Assembly (NCBI RefSeq): GCF_018350175.1
Contig: NC_058376.1
Span: 14,694,001 to 14,758,000, forward strand
DNA: 64,000 bases
Reading direction: 5' to 3'
From: Felis catus
Lineage: Eukaryota
Shown here: positions 1 to 11,168 of the stretch, one piece after another
How positions within the stretch are numbered: the first letter of the stretch is position 1
Layout: each line of letters begins with the position of its first letter
Translations under genes and position numbers: made by a program
Notes under the pieces: generated by a model
What the model was told of the DNA's origin: nothing
Databases searched by the model: none
Seen by the model: only the letters and a program-made list of their open reading frames with translations

Positions 1-153
1 CAGGATCTCAGCCTTTCAATAAATACTCTGTCTGTTTTTGTCTCTTTGTCTCTTTCACTCTCTTCAGTTACTTGGTCTTAGTGGTTTTAGAAAACACTTT
101 TAAAAAAGGAAAACATTTTTCTTCTTAATAGAGCTCATGTCAAGTTTATTCTT

Positions 154-381
154 TTTTTTTTTTTTTAATTTTTTTTTCAACGTTTATTTATTTTTGGGAA
201 AGAGAGAGACAGAGCACGAACGGGGGAGGGGCAGAGAGAGAGGGAGACACAGAATCGGAAACAGGCTCCAGGCTCCGAGCCATCAGCCCAGAGCCCGACG
301 CGGGGCTCGAACTCACGGACCGCGAGATCGTGACCTGGCTGAAGTCGGACGCTTAACCGACTGCGCCACCCAGGCACCTCC
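154..381 (-). mobile_element. SINEC_Fc (young felid tRNA-derived SINE), full length
   Basis: tRNA-like head, (CT)n linker and A-tail. Perfect 15-bp TSD gtcaagtttattctt at 139-153 and 382-396. CpGs retained. Confidence 0.97.
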
Positions 382-452
382 GTCAAGTTTATTCTTAACA
401 GATCCCATTACGTATATCAAATACAACATGGTTGTGTACATAAAATGGTTGT

Positions 453-729
453 CTATGACTTCACTCATATGAGGACTTTAAGGTACAAAATGATGAACAT
501 AAGGGAATGGAAGCGAAAACAATATAAAAACAGGGAGGGGGACAAATCATAAGAGACTCTTAAATATGGAGATCAAACAGAGGGTTACTGGAGAGGTTGT
601 GGGAGGGGGATGGGCTAAATGGGTAAGAAGCATTAGGAATCTACTCCTGAAATCGTTGTTGCACTATATGCTAACTAACTTGGATGTAAATTAAAAAAAA
701 AGAAATTAAAGAAAGAAAAAAAGAAATAA
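453..729 (+). mobile_element. 5'-truncated felid/carnivore L1 3' end with A-rich tail
   Basis: Matches the recalled carnivore L1 3'UTR (gaaatcgttgttgcactatatgctaactaacttggatgtaaatt + A tail). TSD aaaatggttgt at 442-452 and 730-740. Confidence 0.9.
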
Positions 730-1398
730 AAAATGGTTGTATATGCAACAGAATAAAAAATATAAATAAGTAATGAATAGTTATATATACCCATTGAAAT
801 ATAGGGTATCTTTGAGGATTGAGGGGAACAGTGGAAAAACTAAATAAATCCTAATTTCTCATAATAGACTCTGTACAAAATTGGCATATTTTAAGGAAAT
901 GAAATGAATTTACAATTAATTGACCACAGCTTCACAGCAGCCCGGTAGTATGAGCTTGAGCAATTTAGATTTACCATTATAGACTTCCATTACTCTGTTT
1001 CAATATGCAGCAAAAATATTCTGAGCATGACATATGAAAGAGCAAAATTAAAATGTTCCCTATTCTTAATTTTCTTGCTGGTTCTTTTTGTGTTCCCTGT
1101 ACAATTATGTAAAATCCAATTACTTAAGTCAATATCATAATAGTTAGAAATCTCTACTTTAGTAATTATGAGAATGTGGTAGCCAAATGGGTTTATAGAG
1201 AATGCACTGTATCTTATACAAGAAAAGCTGCTCTTTGCTTACGTCTTCTGCATGAACACTCCTGTCTTTGCACAGAGATGTAAATCTAGGTGGGATTTCT
1301 CTTCAGTTGCGTGCAATATCATCTACTTCTCCACACTATTTCTTTTTTATTATTATCATTCCTCCATTTGTGCTCTACTTATTCAAATAAATATTCTT

Positions 1399-1608
1399 CT
1401 TAAAAATTTTTTTATTGTGTATTTATTTTTGAAAGAGAGAGTGCAAACAGGGGAGGGGCAGAGAGAGAGGGAGACACAGAATCCGAAGCAGGCTCCAGGC
1501 TCTGAGCTGTCTACACAGAGCCCGATGTGGGGCTCAAATCCACAAACCATGAGATCATGACCTGAGCCAAAGTTGGATGCTTAACTGACTGAGCCACCCA
1601 GGTACCCC
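1399..1608 (-). mobile_element. SINEC
   Basis: Typical SINEC body. 16-bp TSD tcaaataaatattctt at 1383-1398 and 1609-1624. Confidence 0.95.
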
Positions 1609-2699
1609 TCAAATAAATATTCTTAAATACTTCATCATATATCCTGCCACATCCTTTTAGAATATTTTTTTAGAATTCATTTGCCTTTTCCAGAGAATAA
1701 ATTTGTAGAAATGCAATTTATTAATGGCACAGAATCCTAATAACTAAATACTCCAATTTCTAAGATCTTTGAAAAAGTACTGCTCAGTATTTCCTTGATG
1801 TCAAATGCTTAGATAATGTTAATAAGTAAAATATATACTACTTTAGTACCTAGAAGATTGTGACAGTTCACCGTTCTCAGGATGCGTACTCTTTTATTTA
1901 TTTTACTCCTTGTAGTGAGTTATATGGTTTTAAAATAGAGTTTTAAAAGTAGAACTGAGTTTATAATATACTACTGACTAACTGTGTGATTAGAGACAAA
2001 TAAACTCCTTCGTACTTCAGATGTCTTAAAAAAAAAACAGACAAACAAGCAAACGAACAAACAAACAAAACCAGATACCCAACCCAACTCTTTATGTTGC
2101 TTCATGGGTTATCAGAATATATTGCTATAGCATGCATTATTAAAAATAAAATCCCACAAAATTTTGACCACTGCTTTTAGCAATAACATAAAAGTGAATA
2201 GGCTAAAGATTTCAATTTTTTATAGCTAATTTTTATTTTTAGGTATAAGGATGGATCAATTGCTAACATTTTATTAAACAATACTCTGAAAGTAACAAAT
2301 TATGCGGAAGACAACGTCCCTGTCATGAGGGCTCCTCTCAGACAAGCTGGCAAGAGTTGGAAAGTAGGTTATAGCCCACAACCACAAAATAATTCCAGTA
2401 CCTTCCTGACCAGAAGGATTCTACTAACAAAACATGAAAAAAGAAAAAGTGAACTAAAAATCCTATTGCAAATGAAATATTGACTAAAACAATCAAATGA
2501 AAGTCCTCATTTTAAATTATATCCTCCCCAAAGCATATTAAATTTAGGTGACAGAAGGAAATTCTAAAATTATTACTCAGGATTTTCCAGTGTTCTCCAA
2601 TTCCTTATGCAGCATAATATAAATTTGTTAGCATGATATCCATGGCCAGATAACCTTTCTGGTTCAAGCTCTTTTCCACTTGCAAAGGGAAAAGGAGGG

Positions 2700-3016
2700 C
2701 CCTTGAACTTCCTCAAACAAGTGCTTTGCACATTGAACTTGTCCTATTTTCTTTCCTGTGATTTTGCTCTGCCTGTCCAAATGCATTATCCTCTAAGTAA
2801 GGCCCAACCTGAGCTTTACATTTTCTGGAAAAAGTCCTCCGATCTTCATTTCTTTTCTCATGAGATTATGTCAGTCTAACTACAGTTATAGTTAGTTTGT
2901 AATGTTGTTGATAGCTGCGTGTCAATTCCATTACACTGTTGCTTAAACTTGCACCCTCCAAGACCTAGCATAAACCCTGGCATGTAGCAGGGACAAATAA
3001 AATTTATTTAATGAAC
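2700..3016 (+). mobile_element. L2 3' fragment
   Basis: gacctagcataaaccctggcatgtagcagggacaaataaaatttatttaatgaa resembles the L2 terminus. Confidence 0.55.
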
Positions 3017-3261
3017 TTGTCTTCTTGTATTTGAAATATGAATCCCTTTGAGTAGATGTTTGTTAGCATGAAATATTTGGTAGACACACCTGAAGAAGTT
3101 CCTAGACAGTAAAGTGCCCATATGATGAACTGAAATGAGGTGTCGAGATACTTAGAGAGTAAAGCTCGTGGTATCAGCTTCAAAGCTTCAAAATGAAGAA
3201 ATGTAGCTTATGATCAGCTTCATCACTTCTGGTAGATACTAAAAGAATTGAAGGTGTTTTG

Positions 3262-3264
<3 letters not shown>

Positions 3265-3304
<40 letters not shown>

Positions 3305-3321
3305 TGTGTGTGTGTGTGTGT
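3265..3321. repeat. (TG)n microsatellite
   Basis: Directly visible, one TA interruption. Confidence 0.98.
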
Positions 3322-3854
3322 AGTGCACATAATGGGTCAGACAAACTGAAGAAGGCTCTCAGAATGCCCAAAGGTATTAAAGCAGAGTCCATGAACCAGA
3401 AATTGGCCTCAATTGGTCTTAATTACCTGAAAGAAAGTAAAAAGATAATCTAAGTCTTGCTGTTACTTCTAGGTCTAGGACGATCAAAGAATGGGTGTGA
3501 TCCTAACAGACAACTTAGATGTTCTGGAACCGAGAAGTTCATCACAAAAAATGCCATTTCCCCCCTCTAATTGCAGTTGAACCAGTCATTGAAATTATAA
3601 ACATCATCACAATTACTACATTCATCTGCAACAGTAGAATAATATTTACCAAGTGAGTAGCTCAACACTATTTTAGATTTATGAAATATCCATGCATTTA
3701 TTCAGTAGTCCTCACCCGTAATACTTTATTCATGCAGGGAGCAATACAATATTGTATTTTCACTGTCCTATCTCCATCCCAATTGGGTGATAGGTCCAGT
3801 GTTCACCGTTAAGAACTATCCCAAGCAGCTCACGTCCCAAATACCCATCTAAAT

Positions 3855-4099
3855 CAGAGGTTCCAAACAAAAGAATAATTTTGTCTCCAGAGGACAATTG
3901 GCAAGGTCTGGAGACATATGCAATTGCCACAACAGAAGTATGGTGTGTGTGGGGAAGGTGGGGGAGGCAGTGCTACTGGCATCTAGTGGAAGAGGCCAGG
4001 GATGCTGCTAAACATCTTAGGATGCACAAGACAGCTCTATCCTAACAAAGAAAGATCCAACCCAAATGTGAATAGTGCCAAGAGCCCTGGAAACCACGG
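3855..4099 (+). mobile_element. MER20 (hAT-Charlie DNA transposon fossil)
   Basis: Contains gtgctactggcatctagtgg..gaggccagggatgctgctaaacatc and both terminal regions of the recalled MER20 consensus. Confidence 0.88.
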
Positions 4100-4685
4100 A
4101 GACAGTAAATGCTTGGTTAAAGTGCAAGAAACAAAGCAAAAAGGTAGAGAATGATAAAAGAAGGGCATGACCAAAGGGGGGGGGTGGATCATGACAAAGT
4201 AAGCGAATAGAGCAAACATGAGAAATATGATGATGCGAAATAGCACAAGATGGGCAAACAGATTAACAATTATCGTGGAAAATAAATTCTCCAAACGTTG
4301 CCCTCTGCCCTAATATGTTTCACGTGCAGAGCTAGGCCTGAGTTGTGTTTTTAGTAGTACTATGCTGGAGAGTGTGGGGTGATCATTAGCAGAAAAGAAA
4401 TTATTCCTATGAATACACATAAATGTGTATTAAGAGGTTTCAATATTCCAGTGAGCCATCACAAAACTGCTGGAAATGTCTCTTACAAATTAGACATGAG
4501 AATATGAGAAAATGATCTTAAAAAACTATGAACATAATTTTATAAACTGAGAGGAAGATTCTTTATAAGTAAAATTTTAATTTACTCTTGCTTAAAGTCT
4601 TGGGCACAAATTTAATCTATATGTTTTAGGAGATAGGTACTGTCAGCCCATATTTTCAAGAAAATGGAGACTGTGGTAGTTAATT

Positions 4686-4874
4686 TTGTTTAATGTTTAT
4701 TATTATTATTTTTTTGAGGGGGGGAGGGGCAGTGAAAGAGGAGAGAGAGGATCCCAAGCAGACTTCATGCTGCCAGCGCAGAGCCTGACTTGGGACTCCA
4801 TCTCACGAACTGTGAGATCATGACCTGAGCTGAAATCAAGAGTCGGATGCTTAACTGAGCCAGCTAGGCGCCCC
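4686..4874 (-). mobile_element. SINEC (older subfamily)
   Basis: gagatcatgacctgagctgaaatcaagagtcggatgcttaactgagcc..ggcgcccc head. Confidence 0.92.
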
Positions 4875-4967
4875 ACCAATAAATCCCTTTTAGGGCAAAC
4901 CTTATTTGGCATCTATTTATCAAAGGACTACAACTAACACATTGGATCAGCAACCAGGTTTGTTTAT

Positions 4968-5146
4968 TTATTTTTTTTAATTTTTTAATGTTAATTTTTG
5001 TTTTTGAGAGAGAGATAGAGCATGAGCCAGGTAGGGGCAGAGAGAGAAGAAGACACAGAATCTGAAGCAGGCTCTAGGCTCTGAACTGTGAGATCATGAC
5101 CTGGGCCAAAGTCAGACGCTTAACTGACTAGCCACCCAGACACCCC
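4968..5146 (-). mobile_element. SINEC with internal deletion
   Basis: SINEC head and tail are present but the middle segment is missing. Confidence 0.9.
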
Positions 5147-5711
5147 AAGATTTGTTTATTTTTTTATATGAAGTGGTAACTTACTCTTTGGATTGTCAGT
5201 AATGAGTTTTGTGTGATTTACTCACGTTTTTTGAAATCGTTTTTGTTTTATTACTATTGAAACTTAAATTTTTTTGTCTCCATTACTGCACTTGCTGCAT
5301 GATGGTGAGTTAGAATTGTATGTGTGTGAACTTCATGAAGGCAGGGAATTTAGGCCTTTGTTCAGAACAATGTCTTGTCTATAATCAGAAATCAATAAAT
5401 ATTTTTTCAACGAATGCCTGACTAAAATAATTCTCTAAAGCAATCAGATGAACAAATCCACCTACCAGGGGAAATAAACCTTTTAACATGCAATATATGA
5501 CATGTATTTGAATTGCGCTTTAAATTTCTTGTTTCCTATTGAGTAACTTATGTCATATGAAACAGATAATACAAAACAAAACAAAAAGATGCTTTCCTAA
5601 TGAAGACAGTCAAAGGTGTGGGATGCATTCAATACATGTACCATATGAATAAAAAAAATGGAATGCCATAATTCATGGTAGAAAAAAAGTTTATTTTAAA
5701 TGCCAATTCTA

Positions 5712-5938
5712 GGGATGCCTGGGTGGCTCAGTTGGTTGGGCGGCTGACTTCGGCTCGGGTCGTGATCTCATGGTCCATGAGTCTGTGAGTTCGAGTCCCG
5801 CGTCGGGCTCTGTGCTGACAGCTCAGAGCCTGAGCCTGCTTCGAGCTCTGTGTCATCCTCTCTCTCTGTACCTCTTCCACTCACACACTCTCTCTGTCTC
5901 TCTCTCTCTCAAAAATAAATAAACGTTAAAAATTGTTT
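5712..5938 (+). mobile_element. SINEC inserted in the 3' end region of KRTAP15-1 (antisense to the gene)
   Basis: Full SINEC. TSD aaatgccaatt(c/t)ta at 5698-5711 and 5939-5952. Confidence 0.95.
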
Positions 5939-5948
5939 AAATGCCAAT

Positions 5949-5954
5949 TTTATT
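5949..5954 (-). terminator. Candidate polyadenylation signal (AATAAA) of KRTAP15-1; second copy at 5690-5695
   Basis: tttatt on + strand, about 285 nt downstream of the stop codon. Confidence 0.6.
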
Positions 5955-6239
5955 TGAAATTTAAGTGAAAGAATTCTAAGATAACAATAAGAGAAAAATC
6001 TCAGAAAGAAAGTAACAGAAGGGATTCTGGGCATTGACATAACAATGAAATTTCAACATATATCTCATATGTCTGATTTAGAAAAAAAGGTCACTTTGTC
6101 CACAGTGAATCACACACTTCTGGGAGGACTGTGACGGCAAGTCCTGTTGAAGGAGATGGTCAGTGATTGCAGATACTGGACAAGCTGCATGTTAACATTT
6201 CATAAGGTACAAACATAACCATAAGATAATGGGGGATAT

Positions 6240-6692
6240 TCAGTAAGCTGACCTAAAAAAGCGAGAGCTAAAAGCTGGTTGGTTACAAGTTGACTGGCAA
6301 CTCCTGGAAGAAAAAAAAGTTGGACTATAGAAGCTGGACCCACAGCCCAGAGATTGGAAACCAGTGCTCCCATAACCAAAAGACCCAAGGCCAATGTTTC
6401 CACATCCCAGAGATCCAGTGTAATTTGTTTGGCAGGGTCCGAAGAAGATGGAATTGTTTGGACGGAAGCAGGATGTCTGGTAGGATCTGGCCCCGGTACA
6501 GGATGTCCAGCAGCTGGTGGGCTCACAGTAGGTCTCCTGGCAGCCACCAAAGAGAGAGGAGCCCAGCTGGCGGGTGCTGGGAGAGTAGACTGCATTGCTG
6601 GGGTAGAAAGAGTCATAGGTGGAAACGGGGTGCCCCAGGTAACCTCCAAGAGAGCTGGAGGAGAAGCTTCCAGAACTGCGGTTGTAGTGCAT
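6240..6692 (-). CDS. KRTAP15-1: Keratin-associated protein 15-1 (PMG2 ortholog), 150 aa, single exon
   Basis: Motifs PVSTYDSFYPSNAVYSP, CQETYCEPTSC, ARSYQTSC, GSLGCGNIGLGS and GFQSLGCGSSFY match KAP15-1 as recalled. TATA about 75 nt upstream, Kozak aacATG. Confidence 0.92.
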   Translation of the reverse strand: MHYNRSSGSFSSSSLGGYLGHPVSTYDSFYPSNAVYSPSTRQLGSSLFGGCQETYCEPTSCWTSCTGARSYQTSCFRPNNSIFFGPCQTNYTGSLGCGNIGLGSFGYGSTGFQSLGCGSSFYSPTFFSSRSCQSTCNQPAFSSRFFRSAY

Positions 6693-6765
6693 GTTGGGAG
6701 TTCTGAGTTCAGCTGAGTTGCAGAGAGGTTTGGTGAGTGTGACTGTTACCTTCTACTGGAACCTT

Positions 6766-6918
6766 ATTATATACCCTAGCAATGGGGTAGTAGCATGTGC
6801 CCTTTTTAATAAGAATGCTTAATTAGGCTCCAGTCAAAATGAAATCCATTTTCATCATCAAAGCCCTTTTTTATGAACACAGACTTTTAAATGAAAGAAT
6901 CTCATTAGTTTTTCAAAG
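6766..6918 (-). promoter_or_regulatory. KRTAP15-1 proximal promoter: TATA (6766-6773) and TCF/LEF sites CTTTGAT (6857-6863) and CTTTGAA (6912-6918)
   Basis: Motifs read directly on the minus strand. LEF1 sites are established in hair keratin/KAP promoters. Function inferred. Confidence 0.6.
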
Positions 6919-7959
6919 CGATTGTTCATGAGGTAAAAATGTCACCTCTCATTCACCTGGCTTGGGTAGATGAATGTAATTGTATGGTAAGTGTCCCTTT
7001 AAGATTGGTGTTTTATTCATCTACCCCTCAAGATATTGTATCGAATGGGTAACACAGTGAGAAATTTGCCATGTTTAAAGTTCTCAAAAAAGTGCTTTGT
7101 AGGCTGGAGGGGATATTTATTTTGTTCCAAGTTTAGGAACCCAATTGAGAACAACAACAACAAAAATATCCATACTCTCTGTTTCCTCTCCCAAATCTTG
7201 TGGCCTTTATAGAAGAAATAAACCCCTACGCACTCCTAATTGATGGAAAAGCTAAATGAATATCCTACACATTTGGATTTTGGTTTTCCTACAACACAAG
7301 TGCCCAAGCTGCTTTTGTGTGTATAAGTATTTGATTTAAAAATAGAGGGTCTAATATCTGCAGGAGTACTTTGAAGATTACATTGTAAAAATACTGAAGT
7401 CGGGGAATCCTTGCCCTGAAGTTGACTTGCTTCCTGTTAGAGTCACCGGTAAATTGTCAAAAACTCTTCAGCCCTATAAAGTTTAAGTAATTTTTTGGTG
7501 GTGTTGATGTGATTGAAAACGAGAGAATAAGCACTACACATAAAAGAAATGGGTCTTTTAGTCTCGTGGTTTCCTCTCATAGGGTGGGAATTTTACTATA
7601 GAAGATAAAGGAAATCAAGAAATTAGGAAAGTGTCTACCTTATGTAGACTTCAAAGAAATAACAAATGTTTGAAGAATTCATAGTTACAAATGACTTTTA
7701 TAAATTGAAATGGGGTGGGGGAAATCAGAAAAGATGATAATGTGAAATTCAGAATGAATGCCTTTGATTCTGCCCAGAGAATTAGTATCATTAATATCTT
7801 TCTAGACTCTCCGGCCAAGGTCATCATTGACTGCAAGTGGAGTAGTGCATGGTTACAGGAAATGGCTTAAAATATCCTGTGGTAATGGGCAAACCTCCTA
7901 GGATGCCCATCTTCAAAAATTGAAATGTTGTCCAGTGGAAATGAGCTGAGACTCATTCT

Positions 7960-8160
7960 AGAAAGAACTGAGATTACTAGGTGGAAGCTTTAAGGTAAGA
8001 TTCAGCTAAAAATCTAAGACAAGCCACTGTTGTAGGTAATGAGATTTCCATCTTGAGGGCACTGGGAATAGCTTATCAGGATGTTGTCAATAGGAATCCA
8101 ACCTGGTAGAGGACTGGAGATAATTGTTAAACTCCCTTCCAAATTGTAGACTTCATGGGT
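7960..8160 (+). mobile_element. Ancient L3/CR1 or MIR3 3' fragment
   Basis: aggtggaagct...gtaggtaatgagatttccatc...tcaggatgttg...cccttccaaat resembles the L3/MIR3 tail. Confidence 0.5.
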
Positions 8161-8341
8161 CTGAACTTTTTGAGTAGATGAATTGGTTTTCAAGAATGTT
8201 TCATATATTACCCAACATAGTTTGTCCTCTTTCTAGAATAAGCAAATCTTATTTATTAGGCTTCTTAATTATGAATAGCAGAAAGCATTCTACTATATTC
8301 CAAACCTTCCTATTTTATTTGTGTATAAAATATTGAACATT

Positions 8342-8530
8342 GGGGTGCCTGGGTGACTCAGTCAGTTGAGCATCCAACTCTTGATTTCAGCTCAGGTCAT
8401 GATCCCTTGTGGCAGGCTCTATGCTGAGCGTGGAGACTTCTTAAGATTCTCTCTCTTCATCTACCCCTCTCCCCCACTGACAATCTTTCTCTCTCTGTCT
8501 CAAAAACAAAAATAAAAACAAAAACAAAAA
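8342..8530 (+). mobile_element. SINEC (older, internally deleted)
   Basis: ggggtgcctgggtgactcagtcagttgagc head, CT-rich linker and A-rich tail. Confidence 0.9.
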
Positions 8531-9217
8531 TATGGAACACCAAAACATCCGTGTATTCAACTCACCTAAATCGAATTTGCTTTTGGATGTCATCTGCTCT
8601 TATATAAGCTGTTTCTGTGGAAGAATATTCTATAAGTCACGTATTAGGGAATTTTTTTACATTCTTACTTCCACAAAATGGAGGTTTTTGCACTCCAACA
8701 CTTTTGTTCAGAAGTGGAAGGGAAATGCTGTACGGTGAAATGAACAAATCAAACAGCACAGAAGCCACAGGAAGATAAACTTTCTCAATCTCTCTACTTC
8801 CTCAAGGTATCAATCTTCATTACCCTACTACATTGAGGTGGAATATGAGTCATAGAACAAGAAAAAATATGACCATTATTTTAGAAATTTTGTAATGCTT
8901 GTCAGAAACACCTGAAAACAATTTAAGTCAAAGTGATGTATGTTGCTTTCTGAGGCAAGGAAGAATCTCCTTAAGATGGCTCCTTTGGTCCAATACTTCA
9001 AGGCAATTACCTTATAAACTTTCTTTAGAACAAGAACATTTTCCAGAGTCTGGGGAGGTTTTTTTTTTTTTTTTTAATGATCAACACTACTTCTGATTAA
9101 AGATAGAAATACATTGGGCATTTTTGCCACGTTTTGGTTTTTTAATGCTTTTTCAGAAATCTTAGATGAATCACCTCTAACATTCCAAAATAGCATAAAG
9201 CAATTTATAATATTTAA

Positions 9218-9346
9218 NNNNNNNNNNNNNNNNNNNNNNNNNNNNNNNNNNNNNNNNNNNNNNNNNNNNNNNNNNNNNNNNNNNNNNNNNNNNNNNNNNN
9301 NNNNNNNNNNNNNNNNNNNNNNNNNNNNNNNNNNNNNNNNNNNNNN
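9218..9346. other. Assembly gap (129 N)
   Basis: N run covering the tail of the adjacent SINE. Confidence 1.
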
Positions 9347-9368
9347 GCAGGTGGGGGAGGGCAGAGAG

Positions 9369-9417
<49 letters not shown>

Positions 9418-9544
9418 CCCAAGCAAGCTCCATGCTGTCAGTGCAGAGCCTGACACAGGGCTCGATCCTATGAACTATGAGATCATGACCTGAGCCGAAA
9501 TCAAGAGTCTGACATTCAACTGACTGAACCACCCAGGCGCCCCC
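9347..9544 (-). mobile_element. SINEC
   Basis: (GA)n linker and head ending ccaggcgccccc. Confidence 0.92.
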
Positions 9545-9960
9545 AAGATTGACTCCTATTAGTTTTCATACACTTTAAGCAAACCCTGAATTCCTCAGTT
9601 CCCTGAAATAAGGGAATCTCAGTTAATATTTCACTGAAGCCATTCAAACTGAGATCTGACTTTTAAAAAATCCTCATACATCTTGCATATTACCAATGCT
9701 GCTTCCTGATGATACCATTCATTAAGGAAACTTGCTTGGCAACAATCAATGTATGTTTTTGTTTAAAAGAAATGACTATGAATAGATCAGTTAGTTAGCA
9801 ACTTTGCCATCCAGATGGCAACAATTTGAGGCAGATTGTGAAAGGGGTATCAATTATTTTTAATTAAGCCAGCCTTCCTCCTCCCAGACACTGTCTACCT
9901 CTAAAGCAGTTCTCTGAGTGATCTGCTGGGTGACCTTTGGTAGAGGAAGATGACTAATAG

Positions 9961-10143
9961 CTTTGAAGATTCAACGCTATTACCTGAATTTCAAGCCACA
10001 AATATTACTGTGCTTTCCAGTTGTAAAACCACAAAAACTACATGCGTTTGATTGTGATGATCTTTTCAATTCAATTAAAAGCAGAAGGTAACCTGTTTTT
10101 ATGTGTCATGCAAACGGCACACCCAATGATAAGGGTATATAAA
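9961..10143 (+). promoter_or_regulatory. KRTAP14 proximal promoter: LEF1 site CTTTGAAG (9961-9968), CACACCCAAT box (10118-10127), TATATAAA (10136-10143)
   Basis: Motifs seen directly. CTTTGAAG about 180-250 bp upstream is the classic hair-gene LEF1 element. Confidence 0.7.
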
Positions 10144-10207
10144 TGCCCCAGTCCAAGATGTGACATTCGAACTCAGAATCTTGCTGTAAAGCACATCTCC
10201 TGTCACC

Positions 10208-10711
10208 ATGTCCCACAACTGCTGCTCTGGAAACATCTCCTCTCAGTCCCTTGGGGGACTGCGCTACCCAGGATCTTCCTGTGGATCTCTCTACCCCAAC
10301 AACCTGTTCTTCAGCACTAATCTCCGCTCTCCCAGCAGGTGCCAGCTGGGCTCCTCTCTCTACAGTGGCTGTCAGGAGACCTGCTGTGACCCCACCGGCT
10401 TCCGGACATCCTACCTGGTGTCCAGCCCCTGCCAGACGTCCTGCTACCGACCAAGGACCTCCACGTTCTACAGTCCCTGCCAGACAACGTATTCTGGGTC
10501 TCTGGACTTTGGCTCCAATGGCTTTCAATCTTTTGGTTATGGCTCTCCCTTTCTGGGCTTTGGATCCAGTGGTTTCCAATCAATGGGGTGTGGTCCCAAT
10601 GCTTTTTCATCCCTGAGTTGTAGATCGAGCTTTTATCGTCCAATGTCCTTCTCTTCTAGAAGTTGCCAGTCTGCTTTTTACCAACCAACCTGTGGATCTG
10701 ACTTCTACTAA
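10208..10711 (+). CDS. KRTAP14: Keratin-associated protein 14-like (PMG1 ortholog), 167 aa, single exon
   Basis: C-terminal half [27 protein letters not shown]...[27 protein letters not shown] closely follows mouse Krtap14 as recalled. Sits head-to-head with KRTAP15-1. caccATG start. Confidence 0.8.
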   Translation: MSHNCCSGNISSQSLGGLRYPGSSCGSLYPNNLFFSTNLRSPSRCQLGSSLYSGCQETCCDPTGFRTSYLVSSPCQTSCYRPRTSTFYSPCQTTYSGSLDFGSNGFQSFGYGSPFLGFGSSGFQSMGCGPNAFSSLSCRSSFYRPMSFSSRSCQSAFYQPTCGSDFY

Positions 10712-11015
10712 TCTTATGTTTCAACATAATACCTCCTATGTCTAGAAATAACTACTACATCAAGATCCATGCGACCTATTGATCTCCTGTCCTATCATTA
10801 GCTTACAAATTTGACTTATACTGTTACCTATTATGGACTAGAAATAACTTGAATTCCAGTAATTGGAAAATATATTCATTGAAGACAGATGTTGAAGCAG
10901 TTTTCTTGTAGTTATACAGATGTAGTACTGAGGCATGTTTCTTTCTTAATATCAACTAGTTATTTCTTCTAGTGCATTTGTTTCAAATTTTACAAAATGG
11001 AAAAATATAAGCTTA

Positions 11016-11021
11016 AATAAA
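11016..11021 (+). terminator. Candidate polyA signal of KRTAP14
   Basis: AATAAA about 305 nt after the stop, followed by T/GT-rich sequence. Confidence 0.6.
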
Positions 11022-11168
11022 AATATATTATATGACCTTCACATATAAGATTTTCATATTATTTGTTTACTCTGTGTCTTCAAAACTACTTTTAAACATC
11101 TGAATGGATATTTCTGATATTTGTGTTTATCATTTAAAATTTTTTTACTTTAGCAAGTAAAGTCATCA

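Noticed and set aside
18-75. AATAAA plus GT/T-rich tract at the window start as the 3' end of an upstream gene
   Set aside because: The upstream context is outside the window, so it could equally be an LTR end or chance.
137-472. SINE-derived ORFs (137-472, 1252-1560, 14231-14557, 25629-25988, 34148-34472, 42636-43130, 47466-47678, 51060-51317, 53218-53463 and others)
   Set aside because: They are translations of SINEC bodies and (GA)n/(CT)n linkers.
6200-6716. Overlapping alternative-frame and antisense ORFs over KAP genes (6200-6649, 6290-6706, 6354-6716; likewise 10106-10643, 17300-17815, 22674-23069, 39221-39628, 48681-49128, 54781-55248)
   Set aside because: Shadows of GC-rich, stop-poor KAP coding sequence. 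Many need non-ATG starts and none has its own promoter. Their identity between copies simply reflects the conversion tract.
9074-9532. ORFs spanning N runs (also 32104-32376)
   Set aside because: Artefacts of assembly gaps.
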